This document shows, one piece after another, positions 9,858 through 24,891 of a stretch of 64,000 nucleotides of DNA (its first letter is position 1; each line of letters opens with the position of its first letter). Location: sequence record PQ657772.1. One strand, given 5' to 3'. The position numbers were made by a program, and so were the translations under genes. The notes under the pieces were generated by a model. The model worked only from the letters and a program-made list of their open reading frames with translations. It did no database searches and was not told the DNA's origin.

Positions 9858-10211
9858 ATGAATCAATATAATACTATTCCACCATTTATCACGGTAGTTC
9901 AGTGTGATGGTAAAACTTTCATTGGTATTATCAAGATAAAAAGTAAACAGTATACTACTCTTTACTGCTTTGATGATATGGATGAACCAATGCAAGATGA
10001 ATTGTTGGGTATAGCACATGATTGGTGGTGGCAAAGCAACAGGTCAATTCCAGTCTGTCTATTCTTCCAAGAAGAGATGGAGAAATTTGAACCTTACACA
10101 CAGAGATTCGATACCCCTGCGGTGAATTTCGTTTGTGGTCCAGTAGTTTCTTTAAGTGATTTGCCACAAAAACGCATCAAGCGTCGTAATGTGGCTCTTA
10201 AGAAGAAGTAA
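9858..10211 (+). CDS. Hypothetical protein
   Basis: 117-aa ORF with its own late box; basic C-terminus; converges on the mini-dnaE gene. Confidence 0.7.
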   Translation: MNQYNTIPPFITVVQCDGKTFIGIIKIKSKQYTTLYCFDDMDEPMQDELLGIAHDWWWQSNRSIPVCLFFQEEMEKFEPYTQRFDTPAVNFVCGPVVSLSDLPQKRIKRRNVALKKK

Positions 10212-10836
10212 GATGTTCAACTAAAGCGTTAAGTTGAACTACAATCATTAAGCTGTATGCATAAGCATGTGGCTTTTTGAAATATCGTAACTTATTTCCT
10301 GCTTGGTCTGTGCCAATAGTACTGTAATCCCATATAGTGGATTCAACTTCACTCCATGTATTCATACTTTGGCACTGCCTTTTTCCAGGACGAATCATTG
10401 CAATAAACATTGCAAGTTCATCAATGGATTTAGGTTTCCACACATTTAATAATGTAACGTGTTTTTTAATCTGTGAAAGATGTTCAACTATTTCTGGTTC
10501 TAACAGAAGATCCCAATTAGGTTCCTGATTCATTAGTTCTTTTAAATGTGCTCTATCACGAACATACTGGTAAGCCGATTGTGACAGGATATCTACCTTT
10601 TGATATCCCAAGCGTTCGGCTTCTTTATATTGTATGCTGGCTAAACCAGTGATAGGGTCAATTGGTATATTATCAAAATGAACACCACTGTTATGGGGGA
10701 TTAAACCATCCTCCGTAATTTTTTCTGTACTTCGCACACAAGGAAGCTGTGCAATCACTGACTTACTATCTTTAAAGTCAATGTCGATATCTGTTCGTGC
10801 TTTACGGTACGAATTAGAATTTGTCGAATCCTGCAT
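10198..10836 (-). CDS. Miniature DNA polymerase III alpha-like protein (C-family palm core)
   Basis: TDIDIDF, PHNSGV, GYQKVDILS, KPKSIDELAMFIAMIRPG and FKKPHAYAY match DnaE PDFDVDF, HAGGV, GLVKFDFLG, KPDCFEDMIALVALFRPG and FNKSHSAAY. Confidence 0.85.
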   Translation of the reverse strand: MQDSTNSNSYRKARTDIDIDFKDSKSVIAQLPCVRSTEKITEDGLIPHNSGVHFDNIPIDPITGLASIQYKEAERLGYQKVDILSQSAYQYVRDRAHLKELMNQEPNWDLLLEPEIVEHLSQIKKHVTLLNVWKPKSIDELAMFIAMIRPGKRQCQSMNTWSEVESTIWDYSTIGTDQAGNKLRYFKKPHAYAYSLMIVVQLNALVEHLTSS

Positions 10837-11143
10837 TTTTGATTTGCTCCTGCAATTTGTTTACAGTGTTAGATAATTTGGTTACCTGATTTTCTAACAT
10901 TGTACACTTTTGTTTGGTCTTTGACAACTCTTGACTTAGACCAAAGAATCTTTCCTCATGTCTTTCAACCATACTGATAATTTTTTCTACACGAACAGGA
11001 TCGTGCACCTGAAAGGTTTTACCATCAAGTGTAATTTCAGTTATAGAACCCTGTCTAAGCAATGATAAAGATTTAGATTTATCTGCTTTAGGCACAGGTA
11101 CATACCCTTCTGGTATTTTATTATATATACTTTTTCCATTCAT
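10814..11143 (-). CDS. Hypothetical coiled-coil protein
   Basis: 109-aa ORF with C-terminal heptads. Confidence 0.65.
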   Translation of the reverse strand: MNGKSIYNKIPEGYVPVPKADKSKSLSLLRQGSITEITLDGKTFQVHDPVRVEKIISMVERHEERFFGLSQELSKTKQKCTMLENQVTKLSNTVNKLQEQIKNAGFDKF

Positions 11144-11850
11144 AATCCAGCCTCACGTAGCATACTTTTTATTTCATCACATTCCTTTTTGTACTTTATA
11201 GTTTTAACCTCAAAGTAACTAGGATCAATGTATTTAAGTATATACTCGATTTCAGAGTTAGAGAGATTCTTGAAAAACTTATTAGTACTTTCTTTTGGTG
11301 CTAACCAGATAATCCAAGGTGAAATCTTACCACTCTCAATCCATGCAATTGCACGGGCAGAACTCACATTGGAAAAAAACTTATTCCACTCCAAGTTCAG
11401 ATTCTGACCCCATTCCACCATCGCAACAACACTACGGGAAACCGCAGCATTGGGAGATTCTGAACGAATACAATCTAATATCCATTCATCCTTTGCTTTA
11501 TAAGTACTCCATTCCATAATAGGACGGTTTCTTACAATTAGACTTTTTACAAAACCATCAATATCTAAAATATCACGGTTGTTCAAATAATAAATTGCAA
11601 AATCATAAAAATCACTAAAGTACTTTGATTTTATAAAAGCCATTAATGGTTCAACTCCCTTCTTGAAAGGGAAATGGTTTAACTCCATGAATTGCATATA
11701 AATGCGAAAAGCCTCCCTCATGGGGCGGCTATCACGATCTTCGTAGCGGTCACGTTTAACACACTTATGTGTGTTAACTGTGTCTTCGCGTTTAAATTCT
11801 TTATCACAGAACTTACATTTGTATACGGGACTACTTGATTTCTTTGCCAT
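11140..11850 (-). CDS. Hypothetical protein with N-terminal zinc finger
   Basis: YKCKFCDKEFKREDTVNTHKC (C2HC-type finger); lies within the replication cluster. Confidence 0.7.
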   Translation of the reverse strand: MAKKSSSPVYKCKFCDKEFKREDTVNTHKCVKRDRYEDRDSRPMREAFRIYMQFMELNHFPFKKGVEPLMAFIKSKYFSDFYDFAIYYLNNRDILDIDGFVKSLIVRNRPIMEWSTYKAKDEWILDCIRSESPNAAVSRSVVAMVEWGQNLNLEWNKFFSNVSSARAIAWIESGKISPWIIWLAPKESTNKFFKNLSNSEIEYILKYIDPSYFEVKTIKYKKECDEIKSMLREAGL

Positions 11851-12676
11851 ATTTCTTACATTCTTCTTTAAATAATTTCATCATTGATTTCATTTCTTTC
11901 TCTTGTAAACCTATGTCTTCAAGGAAAGACTCGAATGTTTTTTTGTTATATTGCAACAAAACAATTTTATATTCATCTTCGTTCATTTGAGTTGCGATTG
12001 AATCTGGCTGTGTACTTTTAATGAGTTCAAATAATTCATTATTAGCACGCTTAAAACTCTTGGAAAAGTTTAACCAGTTTCGTGGCAATTCCTTACCACC
12101 CAACATATCATGAACAGAACATAGTAGTTGATATACAAGTTCAGGGTGTTCTTTCATATCCCAGAACCCATCATTAACCATATCATTCAACATAATCAAC
12201 TGATAACGTACAACGTCACTGTCAACCAATGAGATGATCTGTCCACCAGCAATACTAAATTCAGTCATTGCTGCAATCAACTTGTTAGCATCATCATTGC
12301 TTTGTACGGCAAACTTGATACGCCAATCATAGTCACTGTGACAGTACTTAGTAACTGATGTTACATTAACACCAGTGCTATTGAGTTCTTTGACAAGTTC
12401 AGTTAGTGCTTCTTTACCACCAGCTTTCCACTTACCAAATACGTTTTCCACTTTACTACTAGGGAAAGTCACTTGAAGTGAGTCATCAAGTGAACTTACC
12501 CAACGAAGTACAGTATAAGGCGTAAATTCCTTACGCTCATCTTCGGTCATGTCATTATAGTATTTGTAATCTGCACGGTCAATATGTTTTAGAAATTCAG
12601 CAATAGAAAATGTATGCTGGGTTGGTTTATCGTTTTCGTCTACTGACTTAGCTTTAATATTACTGAAATCTAACAC
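11831..12676 (-). CDS. Putative clamp loader small subunit (gp62-like) with an internal insertion
   Basis: N-terminal FSIAEFLKHID...EFTPYTVLRWVS and later LIMLNDMVN...HPELVYQLL resemble gp62-type segments, separated by ~100 extra residues. Confidence 0.45.
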   Translation of the reverse strand: MLDFSNIKAKSVDENDKPTQHTFSIAEFLKHIDRADYKYYNDMTEDERKEFTPYTVLRWVSSLDDSLQVTFPSSKVENVFGKWKAGGKEALTELVKELNSTGVNVTSVTKYCHSDYDWRIKFAVQSNDDANKLIAAMTEFSIAGGQIISLVDSDVVRYQLIMLNDMVNDGFWDMKEHPELVYQLLCSVHDMLGGKELPRNWLNFSKSFKRANNELFELIKSTQPDSIATQMNEDEYKIVLLQYNKKTFESFLEDIGLQEKEMKSMMKLFKEECKKYGKEIK

Positions 12677-12678
12677 TA

Positions 12679-13176
12679 TTACACTCCTAGATACAAATCT
12701 TGAATTTTCTCGTTCTCATCTGCAAAGTAAACACAAGGTGGATTATCACCACTGTGCAGAGGAACACATAGTAAGTTCTTCTTAGGCAGCATAGGGATCT
12801 GCCACTTAGTAGTGAGTGCGAATACACGCAGTACTTTTACAGGTTCAAACTTAGGATACATCGAACGGATTGGATTGTAAACAAAAGCTTTAGGTTCTTT
12901 CATATTAAGAATGTTTTCAATGGTACACATCTCAACCATACCCGTCTCTTCATCACCCAACATGATTTGCCAACCCAATGGTACTTGGATAATCTTTTCA
13001 CCAATCTGCAAATCAGCACTGATACTATTAAATGATACAGTGTTCAAAATGTGGCGAAAATAAAAGTCAGAGTCACCGTTTGGACTCAAATCTAAAACAC
13101 AATACATTTCTGATGGAATGTGTTCAGTTACTAAATCCATATCAAATGAATTATTTTCTGGGGTTAATACGTTCAT
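12679..13176 (-). CDS. Hypothetical protein
   Basis: 165-aa ORF in operon; no motif recognised. Confidence 0.7.
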   Translation of the reverse strand: MNVLTPENNSFDMDLVTEHIPSEMYCVLDLSPNGDSDFYFRHILNTVSFNSISADLQIGEKIIQVPLGWQIMLGDEETGMVEMCTIENILNMKEPKAFVYNPIRSMYPKFEPVKVLRVFALTTKWQIPMLPKKNLLCVPLHSGDNPPCVYFADENEKIQDLYLGV

Positions 13177-13185
13177 CTCATCTCC

Positions 13186-13614
13186 TTAGTACTGGGAATC
13201 TTCATCTTCATCGTAGTAATCTTCTTCATCTTCATCGGATGTACCATAGAATTCAAGACCATACGTTTCACACATTTCTTGAATCTTATCAACATCGGTA
13301 TCTAAGTAAGAATCAAAATTACCACTAAGACTAACAACATCAATAAACGTTGTAGTATCAGTACTTGCATAGATGATATCATATTTTAATGATTCAACTT
13401 TCGAGTCAATTCTGGTTTGCAATTCATAGATATTAATCCATGAATTAGTGTCAATATTACATCTCCAAACATTAGTATCGTCAGTTTCTAGTTCAGGTAT
13501 ATAGTCAAGTGAAGATACCATGTCATCCATAATACCATCATCATTCAACAATACATCAATTATATCTAACGTTTCTTGGTCACAGATAAAAGCAATACTA
13601 GATCTTAATTCCAT
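13186..13614 (-). CDS. Acidic hypothetical protein
   Basis: 142-aa ORF, D/E-rich tail, promoter directly upstream. Confidence 0.7.
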   Translation of the reverse strand: MELRSSIAFICDQETLDIIDVLLNDDGIMDDMVSSLDYIPELETDDTNVWRCNIDTNSWINIYELQTRIDSKVESLKYDIIYASTDTTTFIDVVSLSGNFDSYLDTDVDKIQEMCETYGLEFYGTSDEDEEDYYDEDEDSQY

Positions 13615-13649
13615 TTTTATTTTACTTCCTTGTTGTTGTCATACGACAC

Positions 13650-13679
13650 ATTATATCATGTACAGCGGGATTATCCCGC
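13650..13679 (-). promoter_or_regulatory. Pre-replicative promoter (variant -35 GCGGGA) overlapping a hairpin
   Basis: GCGGGA-taatcccgctgtacatga-TATAAT; perfect inverted repeat tacagcggga-tta-tcccgctgta spans the uvsW stop. Confidence 0.6.
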
Positions 13680-15155
13680 TGTATTTTCCCAATCCTTAAC
13701 ATCTATGATACTATGAGGATATTGTGCTTCCTTATAGTATTGTAAACGTTCACGTAAGTGTTTTGCACTATATTTGTTTGTACCACTGATATCAAAGATT
13801 TCCACGTGGTCTTTGTCTTCTGCACGACGCAACCCACGACCAATGGACTGTATTGTACGAACGAAGCTTTTTCCTGGTTCGATTAGAACGACATTATACA
13901 AACGAGAAATACTGATACCAGTACTTGCTACCCCATAGGTTGCAATGAGTATTTTGTTATCAGCCCAGCGAATTTCACCATATGAAGATTCACGGTCTTT
14001 CTTTTTGGTTTCCCCACGAACAAATTCTGACTTAGGAATACCCAAAAATTCACAAAGCAATTCACCAGCTTCAAGTCTATCAACCAGTACTAAAGTGTTT
14101 CCAGATTCTGCTAACGCACCTATCAGTGATGCTACATATGCCATTCTATCACGGTCAGTAACTAAGTACTTCAATTCTTCTGCATATGACGCGAACTTTA
14201 AATTACTTTTAAGTTTAATACAGTTCACATTACATGTGCTTAGTATTTTTTTATCTTGTAATTCTTTAGCTGTGATTTTAAATATCACATCACCAACGTT
14301 ACATTTAATCTTCGCAGCGACAACTTGGTCTTTAGGGATTGTACCAGTTAATCCCCAGCGAAGTGGAACGTTATTCATAACTTTAGAGAGTACTTGAACT
14401 AATGCATCACCACCAGCACCTTGACACTCATCGACAATCACACAAACCACACCATCAATAAAGTCATGAACGTCTTGTTCAGTCAGTTCAATTTCACCTT
14501 TCTTTGTTTTCTTCCACAAAGAGTTGAATGACTGCCAGGTAGTGATTGTGTGTTGGTGACCAAAGTCTTTCTGTGCACCATAGAACACTCCAGTGTCAAG
14601 ACCACACATAACATAGTCATCATATGTTTGCTGCACCAAATCAGTACTAGGTACGATAATCACAGAACGTCCATACTCTTGTACCTTCTTGGATAATGCC
14701 GCTGTGATGAGCGTTTTACCAGCCCCTGTAGCTGCTAATAATAAACCATGTGGGTTTGCAAGACAAGCATTAACTGCGTTCACCTGATGCTCTCTGAGCT
14801 TGATTGACTTACCTTCCATGTGGTGTCCAGCACCAAACACAACATCACTAAAAATATCTTCATCAATTGGTTCAAAATTGAATCCGTAATTGACACGATG
14901 ATCTTCAAGTTCAATATCAATTTTTGCTTCATCTAAGATTGGCAACAACTTATCCAACATGTGGTAGTAAGTACTGCCACCTAAGTTCATAAACTGTACC
15001 TTACCATCCCAACGACCAATACGACCAGCAGGGGTGAACTTAGCGTATGGAAGTACATATTCTGTTGCACGAATCATCTTCTGACGAATTGAGGGATCTA
15101 GTCCCTCAAATTTACAATTAACCTCGTCCAGTAAGGTTAGCTTACAAGTTTTCAT
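13671..15155 (-). CDS. uvsW: SF2 DNA helicase (UvsW-like)
   Basis: LREHQ, ATGAGKT, VDECQ, GLTGT and QSIGRGLR motifs. Confidence 0.92.
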   Translation of the reverse strand: MKTCKLTLLDEVNCKFEGLDPSIRQKMIRATEYVLPYAKFTPAGRIGRWDGKVQFMNLGGSTYYHMLDKLLPILDEAKIDIELEDHRVNYGFNFEPIDEDIFSDVVFGAGHHMEGKSIKLREHQVNAVNACLANPHGLLLAATGAGKTLITAALSKKVQEYGRSVIIVPSTDLVQQTYDDYVMCGLDTGVFYGAQKDFGHQHTITTWQSFNSLWKKTKKGEIELTEQDVHDFIDGVVCVIVDECQGAGGDALVQVLSKVMNNVPLRWGLTGTIPKDQVVAAKIKCNVGDVIFKITAKELQDKKILSTCNVNCIKLKSNLKFASYAEELKYLVTDRDRMAYVASLIGALAESGNTLVLVDRLEAGELLCEFLGIPKSEFVRGETKKKDRESSYGEIRWADNKILIATYGVASTGISISRLYNVVLIEPGKSFVRTIQSIGRGLRRAEDKDHVEIFDISGTNKYSAKHLRERLQYYKEAQYPHSIIDVKDWENTAG

Positions 15156-15170
15156 CCATGAATACCTTTA

Positions 15171-15989
15171 TTAATTAGTTCGAGTATTATATTCGTACTC
15201 AAATGTATATACTAAATCTTTATCACAGTTTGGGTTACTTGCATCAAGAATATCACTGTTAGTAATCATCCATTCAATATAGTTCAATGGAACAGTTTCC
15301 ATTGGTTCGCCTTTGTGTTTACCAAATGGCATGAATTTATAACGCATTGGTGTATTACAGAATGTTACGATTTGTTCACCAATGTCACCATTAGGGTCAA
15401 TATGTCCACGTTCAATCGCAACTTCAATCAATTTGATTAGAACTTGATAACACATAAACACGTCATCTTTTGCTGCGTGTGCATTGACTGCACGATGTAC
15501 ATCACGATAGCAACCAAATTTATACCACAAATAACTTAGAGTTAAGTTTTTAAATTCAGTGTCTTCTGCAAACATCTTCTTAGCTAAACGAAGGGTACAA
15601 ATCCATTTATCTTCATCGAGCAAGTACTGCGAAACTGAGTTACGATATTTATATTCGTTATCTACCATCATTCGGCGGTCAAATTGAACGTTGTGTCCAA
15701 TAAAATAATTACGACACCCCATTAGTGCGTCAATGTTTTCTAAGTCATCTTTATAACCAATGCAGTTTGCTACATCTTCAGTACTGATAAAATGCACAGC
15801 ACTTGCTTCTGGTGGTATATCTTTTAGTGGTTTATAACGCAAAGTGTAGTTATCAATAGTATCAATATTCTCATGTGCATCGTGAGGATATGAAATACTA
15901 AATTCAATAATATCATCTTCACTTTCGACACCAGTTGTTTCGGTGTCTAGTACTGATACGTTTGATAGGAACTCATCTAATTTTGTCAT
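15171..15989 (-). CDS. DEDDh 3'-5' exonuclease (DnaQ/ExoX-like) with C-terminal MPFGKHKG domain
   Basis: LDTETTG, GHNVQFD and HAAKDD motifs; MPFGKHKG...VPLNYIEWM. Confidence 0.9.
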   Translation of the reverse strand: MTKLDEFLSNVSVLDTETTGVESEDDIIEFSISYPHDAHENIDTIDNYTLRYKPLKDIPPEASAVHFISTEDVANCIGYKDDLENIDALMGCRNYFIGHNVQFDRRMMVDNEYKYRNSVSQYLLDEDKWICTLRLAKKMFAEDTEFKNLTLSYLWYKFGCYRDVHRAVNAHAAKDDVFMCYQVLIKLIEVAIERGHIDPNGDIGEQIVTFCNTPMRYKFMPFGKHKGEPMETVPLNYIEWMITNSDILDASNPNCDKDLVYTFEYEYNTRTN

Positions 15990-16004
15990 TTTATTCTCGC
16001 ATAG

Positions 16005-16028
16005 AAAAAGGACGCGTAATGCGTCCTT
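16005..16028 (-). terminator. Intrinsic terminator
   Basis: aaggacgc-gtaat-gcgtcctt hairpin followed by a T-tract on the minus strand. Confidence 0.75.
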
Positions 16029-16036
16029 ATGGATAG

Positions 16037-16498
16037 TTATTCTAAACGTGCATCTTCAATACCAGCAGCACGTAGTCTCACAATATTGTTTAACTGAAAA
16101 GCTTTCATCTCTAAGGATTTAACAATACTGGAAAACGTATTACGGATATATGATACTTCATTTATTAGTTCTGATAATTCACAAACTTCTTTATCACCTT
16201 CAACATACTTTTTACAGTCAGAAGATGATAGTGCTCGACGATATGCTTCAAGGAAATATTTAAACTTTTCAGCTTGTAGTTGACGCATTTCAATTTCTAG
16301 CATTTCAAGTACCGCTTCTAGTTCTTGAAGCTGACTGAGACGAGTCTCATGCCAGCCTGGAATCTCCTGAGCAATCTTTTCAATGATGCCAATCTTTTTA
16401 ACTTCACGACGAGCTTCTTCAGTTTCTTTTTCGAAGTGTTCAATCATGTCGATTATTTTAGATTTATCATCTTTGATGATCCAATGCCAAGGTTTCAT
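16037..16498 (-). CDS. uvsY: Recombination mediator (UvsY-like)
   Basis: Helical 153-aa protein downstream of recA; C-terminal KSLEMKAFQLNNIVRLRAAGIED. Confidence 0.65.
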   Translation of the reverse strand: MKPWHWIIKDDKSKIIDMIEHFEKETEEARREVKKIGIIEKIAQEIPGWHETRLSQLQELEAVLEMLEIEMRQLQAEKFKYFLEAYRRALSSSDCKKYVEGDKEVCELSELINEVSYIRNTFSSIVKSLEMKAFQLNNIVRLRAAGIEDARLE

Positions 16499-17616
16499 TA
16501 TTCCTCACTACTTCCAATATCAGTACCAAATGATTCATCACCTTTTTCTTCTTCTTTGACTTCTTCAATCAAAGGGTGACGTTTGAATTGATTCATAACT
16601 AAATCAAGGCAAGAATCTTCGTTACGCATCCATTCTTTACGATATTTTAGAATCTGTTCACCAGTGTCAATATCAACGTACATTAGACGGTTACCAGATT
16701 TAACGATAAGTTCATATTTCTCGAACATATCTAGTAGACCACTGCGTGGGTCCATACCTTTATCCCAAGGAATTTTAATCTCAACATCTTCAAATGGTTT
16801 GTTGTAACGAGTCTTCATGACTTTACATTTAGAACGAATACCACTTACATCTGAAGTCTTGTTGCCTTCTTCATCTTCTTTAAGTTTTAGTTTACCCATT
16901 GCGATAACCATAGAAGATGCATAAATCAAACCACTACCACCAGATACTTTTGGATCAGGGTTGAACATATCTTGGGATTCATAACTATGGTTTACACAAA
17001 CCATACCAATGTTAAGTGAACCAATCGAGTTTACGCAGTTGGTGATGTAAGCTTTAAGCTGTTTAGGTTTGTGACCCATATCACCTTTCAAGTTCCCAGC
17101 TTTCATCTGGTCATTAGCAACTTCAGTATTCAACATACCAATTGAGTCGATAATGAATAATACTTTTTGACGTTCTTCTTTAGGAGTATTTTCGTATTCT
17201 TTACGATACCCTTCGATGAACTCATAGGTAAATTTAGCAACATCACCAATCATACCCATGTTTACTTTTAGTAGTTTTTCTTCTGAAGTGTCTACACCTA
17301 GTGCTTGTAGCCAATCTGAATCCAATGCGTTCTCGGAATCAATCATAACAACAAAGATACCTTGTTGTTGTGCTTCACGGGCGATGTTTCCAGAAACGAT
17401 AAATGATTTACCAGAACCAGATTCACCAGCAAACATTGTTACTTTACCTAGTGGAATACCACGGTCAAAATAACCACTAATACGATAGTTCAAAGCAAAG
17501 TTACCAGTACTAATCCATGTATCAGGATCATGAAAGCCTACGCTAACACCAGTATTCTTTTTAACGCTACCAGTACTATTTTTTAGAATGTTTGCAAAAC
17601 CACTTGTCATTTTCAT
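16498..17616 (-). CDS. uvsX: RecA/UvsX recombinase
   Basis: AGESGSGKS, IDSENA, IIDSIGML, SGGSGLIYASS and KTRYNKPF motifs. Confidence 0.93.
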   Translation of the reverse strand: MKMTSGFANILKNSTGSVKKNTGVSVGFHDPDTWISTGNFALNYRISGYFDRGIPLGKVTMFAGESGSGKSFIVSGNIAREAQQQGIFVVMIDSENALDSDWLQALGVDTSEEKLLKVNMGMIGDVAKFTYEFIEGYRKEYENTPKEERQKVLFIIDSIGMLNTEVANDQMKAGNLKGDMGHKPKQLKAYITNCVNSIGSLNIGMVCVNHSYESQDMFNPDPKVSGGSGLIYASSMVIAMGKLKLKEDEEGNKTSDVSGIRSKCKVMKTRYNKPFEDVEIKIPWDKGMDPRSGLLDMFEKYELIVKSGNRLMYVDIDTGEQILKYRKEWMRNEDSCLDLVMNQFKRHPLIEEVKEEEKGDESFGTDIGSSEE

Positions 17617-17642
17617 AATTCGCTCCTTGAATTTTATGAAAT

Positions 17643-17668
17643 AAAACGGGGCAAACTCCGTTGCCCCT
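17643..17668 (-). terminator. Intrinsic terminator after ssb
   Basis: ggggcaa-actccg-ttgcccc hairpin with T-tract on the minus strand. Confidence 0.7.
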
Positions 17669-17685
17669 TAACTTTTCAAATACTA

Positions 17686-18735
17686 TTACTTACCTTGTTG
17701 TTTCAAACGAGCAACTAGTGCAGATGCAGAAAGTTGTTCTTTTGGAGCTTCAGCTACTGGTGCTGGTGCAGCAGCTACTGGTTCAGCAGCAGGAGTAGGA
17801 GTAGCTACTGGTGCTTGCGGAGCAGGAGTTTGTGCAGGAGCAGGTTGTTGTACTGGAGCTTGTGGAGCAGGTTTGTTTTCACTAATAGTACCAGTTGTTG
17901 GTTTTTGTACACCTGCTGGACGGTAAGCGAAAGCCCAACGTGCAGGGTCATAAGGTTTACCATCAACAGATGCTTCGAACATTTCTTCGATAGCTTTTAG
18001 TTCTTCTGGAGTTGGTTGTTTTGGCATAAAATCATTTAGATTATATAGACCAAACTTTTCAATCGCTGCCAGTTCTTCTTCATTGAGTGGACGCTCTGAC
18101 ATGGAGAATTGAGACATGTCATAGCTATTGTAACCACCACCATTCTTAGTTTTAACAATACCAAAGTCACGACCGTGAATGTAGTGAGTTGGTAGTTCTT
18201 TGATGCCTGGGTTTAGCAGGATAGATTTAACTTTATCAAAGATATCTTTGTTAGCTAGGATACGACGGATTGGGTTTTCTGGAGCAATATCGTCTTTTAC
18301 TGCTACGCTATCAGGAGCAACGAAACATTGCATTAGATAGGTTTTCTTTTTCCAGTAACGACCAGCCATTGCTTTCAGTTCTTCGTTTCCAGTTTCATTC
18401 GCACTTTGGAACCATTGACGTACTTCTTTAAGAATTGGACATGATTTAGGAACCCACATTTCGTTACATGGTACTTGAACGGTAACTTTATCGGTGTGCA
18501 TACCAACAATACCTTGGAACGTTAGGTTGATCATATCACGTTCACGCCAGAAGAATGGGTTAGACTCATCAGCATCTGGTAGAAAACGTAGGTTTAGTGG
18601 TTCATTGTAAGGGACATTCCAGAAAGCTAGGAAAGAATCGGCTTTACGTTCACCTGTAAATGTACCATTCTTCTGTGCTTCTGCTTTTTCTTGTTCAGCT
18701 TTTAGTTTTGCACGAATTTCAGCTAGAGTTTGCAT
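17686..18735 (-). CDS. Single-stranded DNA-binding protein (gp32-like)
   Basis: LRFLPDAD...PFFW, VPCNEMW...CPIL, YWKKKTY and GRDFGIVKT motifs; Pro/Ala-rich C-terminal linker; start set at MQTL behind AAGGAAG. Confidence 0.88.
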   Translation of the reverse strand: MQTLAEIRAKLKAEQEKAEAQKNGTFTGERKADSFLAFWNVPYNEPLNLRFLPDADESNPFFWRERDMINLTFQGIVGMHTDKVTVQVPCNEMWVPKSCPILKEVRQWFQSANETGNEELKAMAGRYWKKKTYLMQCFVAPDSVAVKDDIAPENPIRRILANKDIFDKVKSILLNPGIKELPTHYIHGRDFGIVKTKNGGGYNSYDMSQFSMSERPLNEEELAAIEKFGLYNLNDFMPKQPTPEELKAIEEMFEASVDGKPYDPARWAFAYRPAGVQKPTTGTISENKPAPQAPVQQPAPAQTPAPQAPVATPTPAAEPVAAAPAPVAEAPKEQLSASALVARLKQQGK

Positions 18736-18822
18736 ATTGGGCTTCCTTGTCATTAGTTTGTTTGTTAAGTTTTAACGGGCTATTAACGTTGATTTGTCTT
18801 CGTTGACTCATCAACAATTTAC

Positions 18823-18852
18823 ATTATATCATGGGATTTTTAACCGTCCCAA
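18823..18852 (-). promoter_or_regulatory. Pre-replicative promoter, TGRGAC class
   Basis: TTGGGA-cggttaaaaatcccatga-TATAAT upstream of ssb. Confidence 0.75.
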
Positions 18853-18908
18853 GGTTTTTTTACTCTGTTTGTCAAGGCTCATTGCCCTGACAAACATCAT
18901 TATATCAC

Positions 18909-24155
<5,247 letters not shown>

Positions 24156-24159
24156 ATTT

Positions 24160-24230
24160 GATAAATAATATCATAGAGATCAGGGAATATTGCCTTAAAT
24201 TTAAATGTGGTTTATATTTTTTGATAAATA
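24160..24230 (+). promoter_or_regulatory. Tandem late promoters
   Basis: GATAAATA at 24160..24167 and 24223..24230. Confidence 0.65.
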
Positions 24231-24276
24231 ATATTAAGCAGGGTGTTCCTGCACAAAATTTGACAAGGAGATTTTT

Positions 24277-24876
24277 ATGAGTCTTAATTCTTTTAACCGT
24301 AACTATGGTATGTCTGCTACTGCTCGTGAATACTGGGGTGGTAACAATGGTTTCGTAACCATCGTTGTTGATCTACCAGCAGATGTTGAAGTTGGTACTA
24401 CCGCTGTTACTTCTGACGGTTCCGAAATTCAAGATGAAGCACTACAAACTGCAATCAGTAATGCTCAATACAACCAATTCATGATTACCCAACTACTACA
24501 ACAACGTGCAGTTCTAGTTACTACTTCCGTACTAGCTCTAGACACCGCTGTTGTTATCCCTGCTGACTTTAAAACCGTTGGTGGTAACGTAATCGCGTTT
24601 GGTACTAGTGGTGCTGATGTTACAGGTGGTGCTGGTTCTGTTGCTCTAACCTTCATCTGTGAACGTCAAGACGTATTTGACAAACAAGAAGTTCGCCCAG
24701 GTGCTGCTTACTCTGTTCCAGTTGATCCAACTGTTGAACTAGCTAAAGCTATTGCACAAGCTAAATTCTTCCGTACCAAATCTTATGTTGCTCTAGGTAC
24801 TGATGGTGTTGGTGATGCTGCTGCCGCTGACGCTGTTGCAATTAAAGTTCGTGCTGCTCTACCAGTACAACTATAA
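24277..24876 (+). CDS. Putative abundant virion protein, paralogue 1
   Basis: 199 aa; late promoters, strong SD, extreme codon bias; shares QQRAV and ERxxVFDK with the next gene. Confidence 0.75.
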   Translation: MSLNSFNRNYGMSATAREYWGGNNGFVTIVVDLPADVEVGTTAVTSDGSEIQDEALQTAISNAQYNQFMITQLLQQRAVLVTTSVLALDTAVVIPADFKTVGGNVIAFGTSGADVTGGAGSVALTFICERQDVFDKQEVRPGAAYSVPVDPTVELAKAIAQAKFFRTKSYVALGTDGVGDAAAADAVAIKVRAALPVQL

Positions 24877-24891
24877 TAGGGGGACTACAAT

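Noticed and set aside
8823-10034. Long N-terminal extensions in the ORF track (also 41714..44119, 43989, 50510, 49629..50570, 23079..24137, 27758..28159, 26344..26709)
   Set aside because: They cross promoters or neighbouring genes; downstream ATGs with clear SD sequences were used instead
17740-17880. Repetitive gctcca/gcacca DNA at the 3' end of ssb
   Set aside because: Explained by the Pro/Ala/Gln-rich protein linker, not a DNA repeat array
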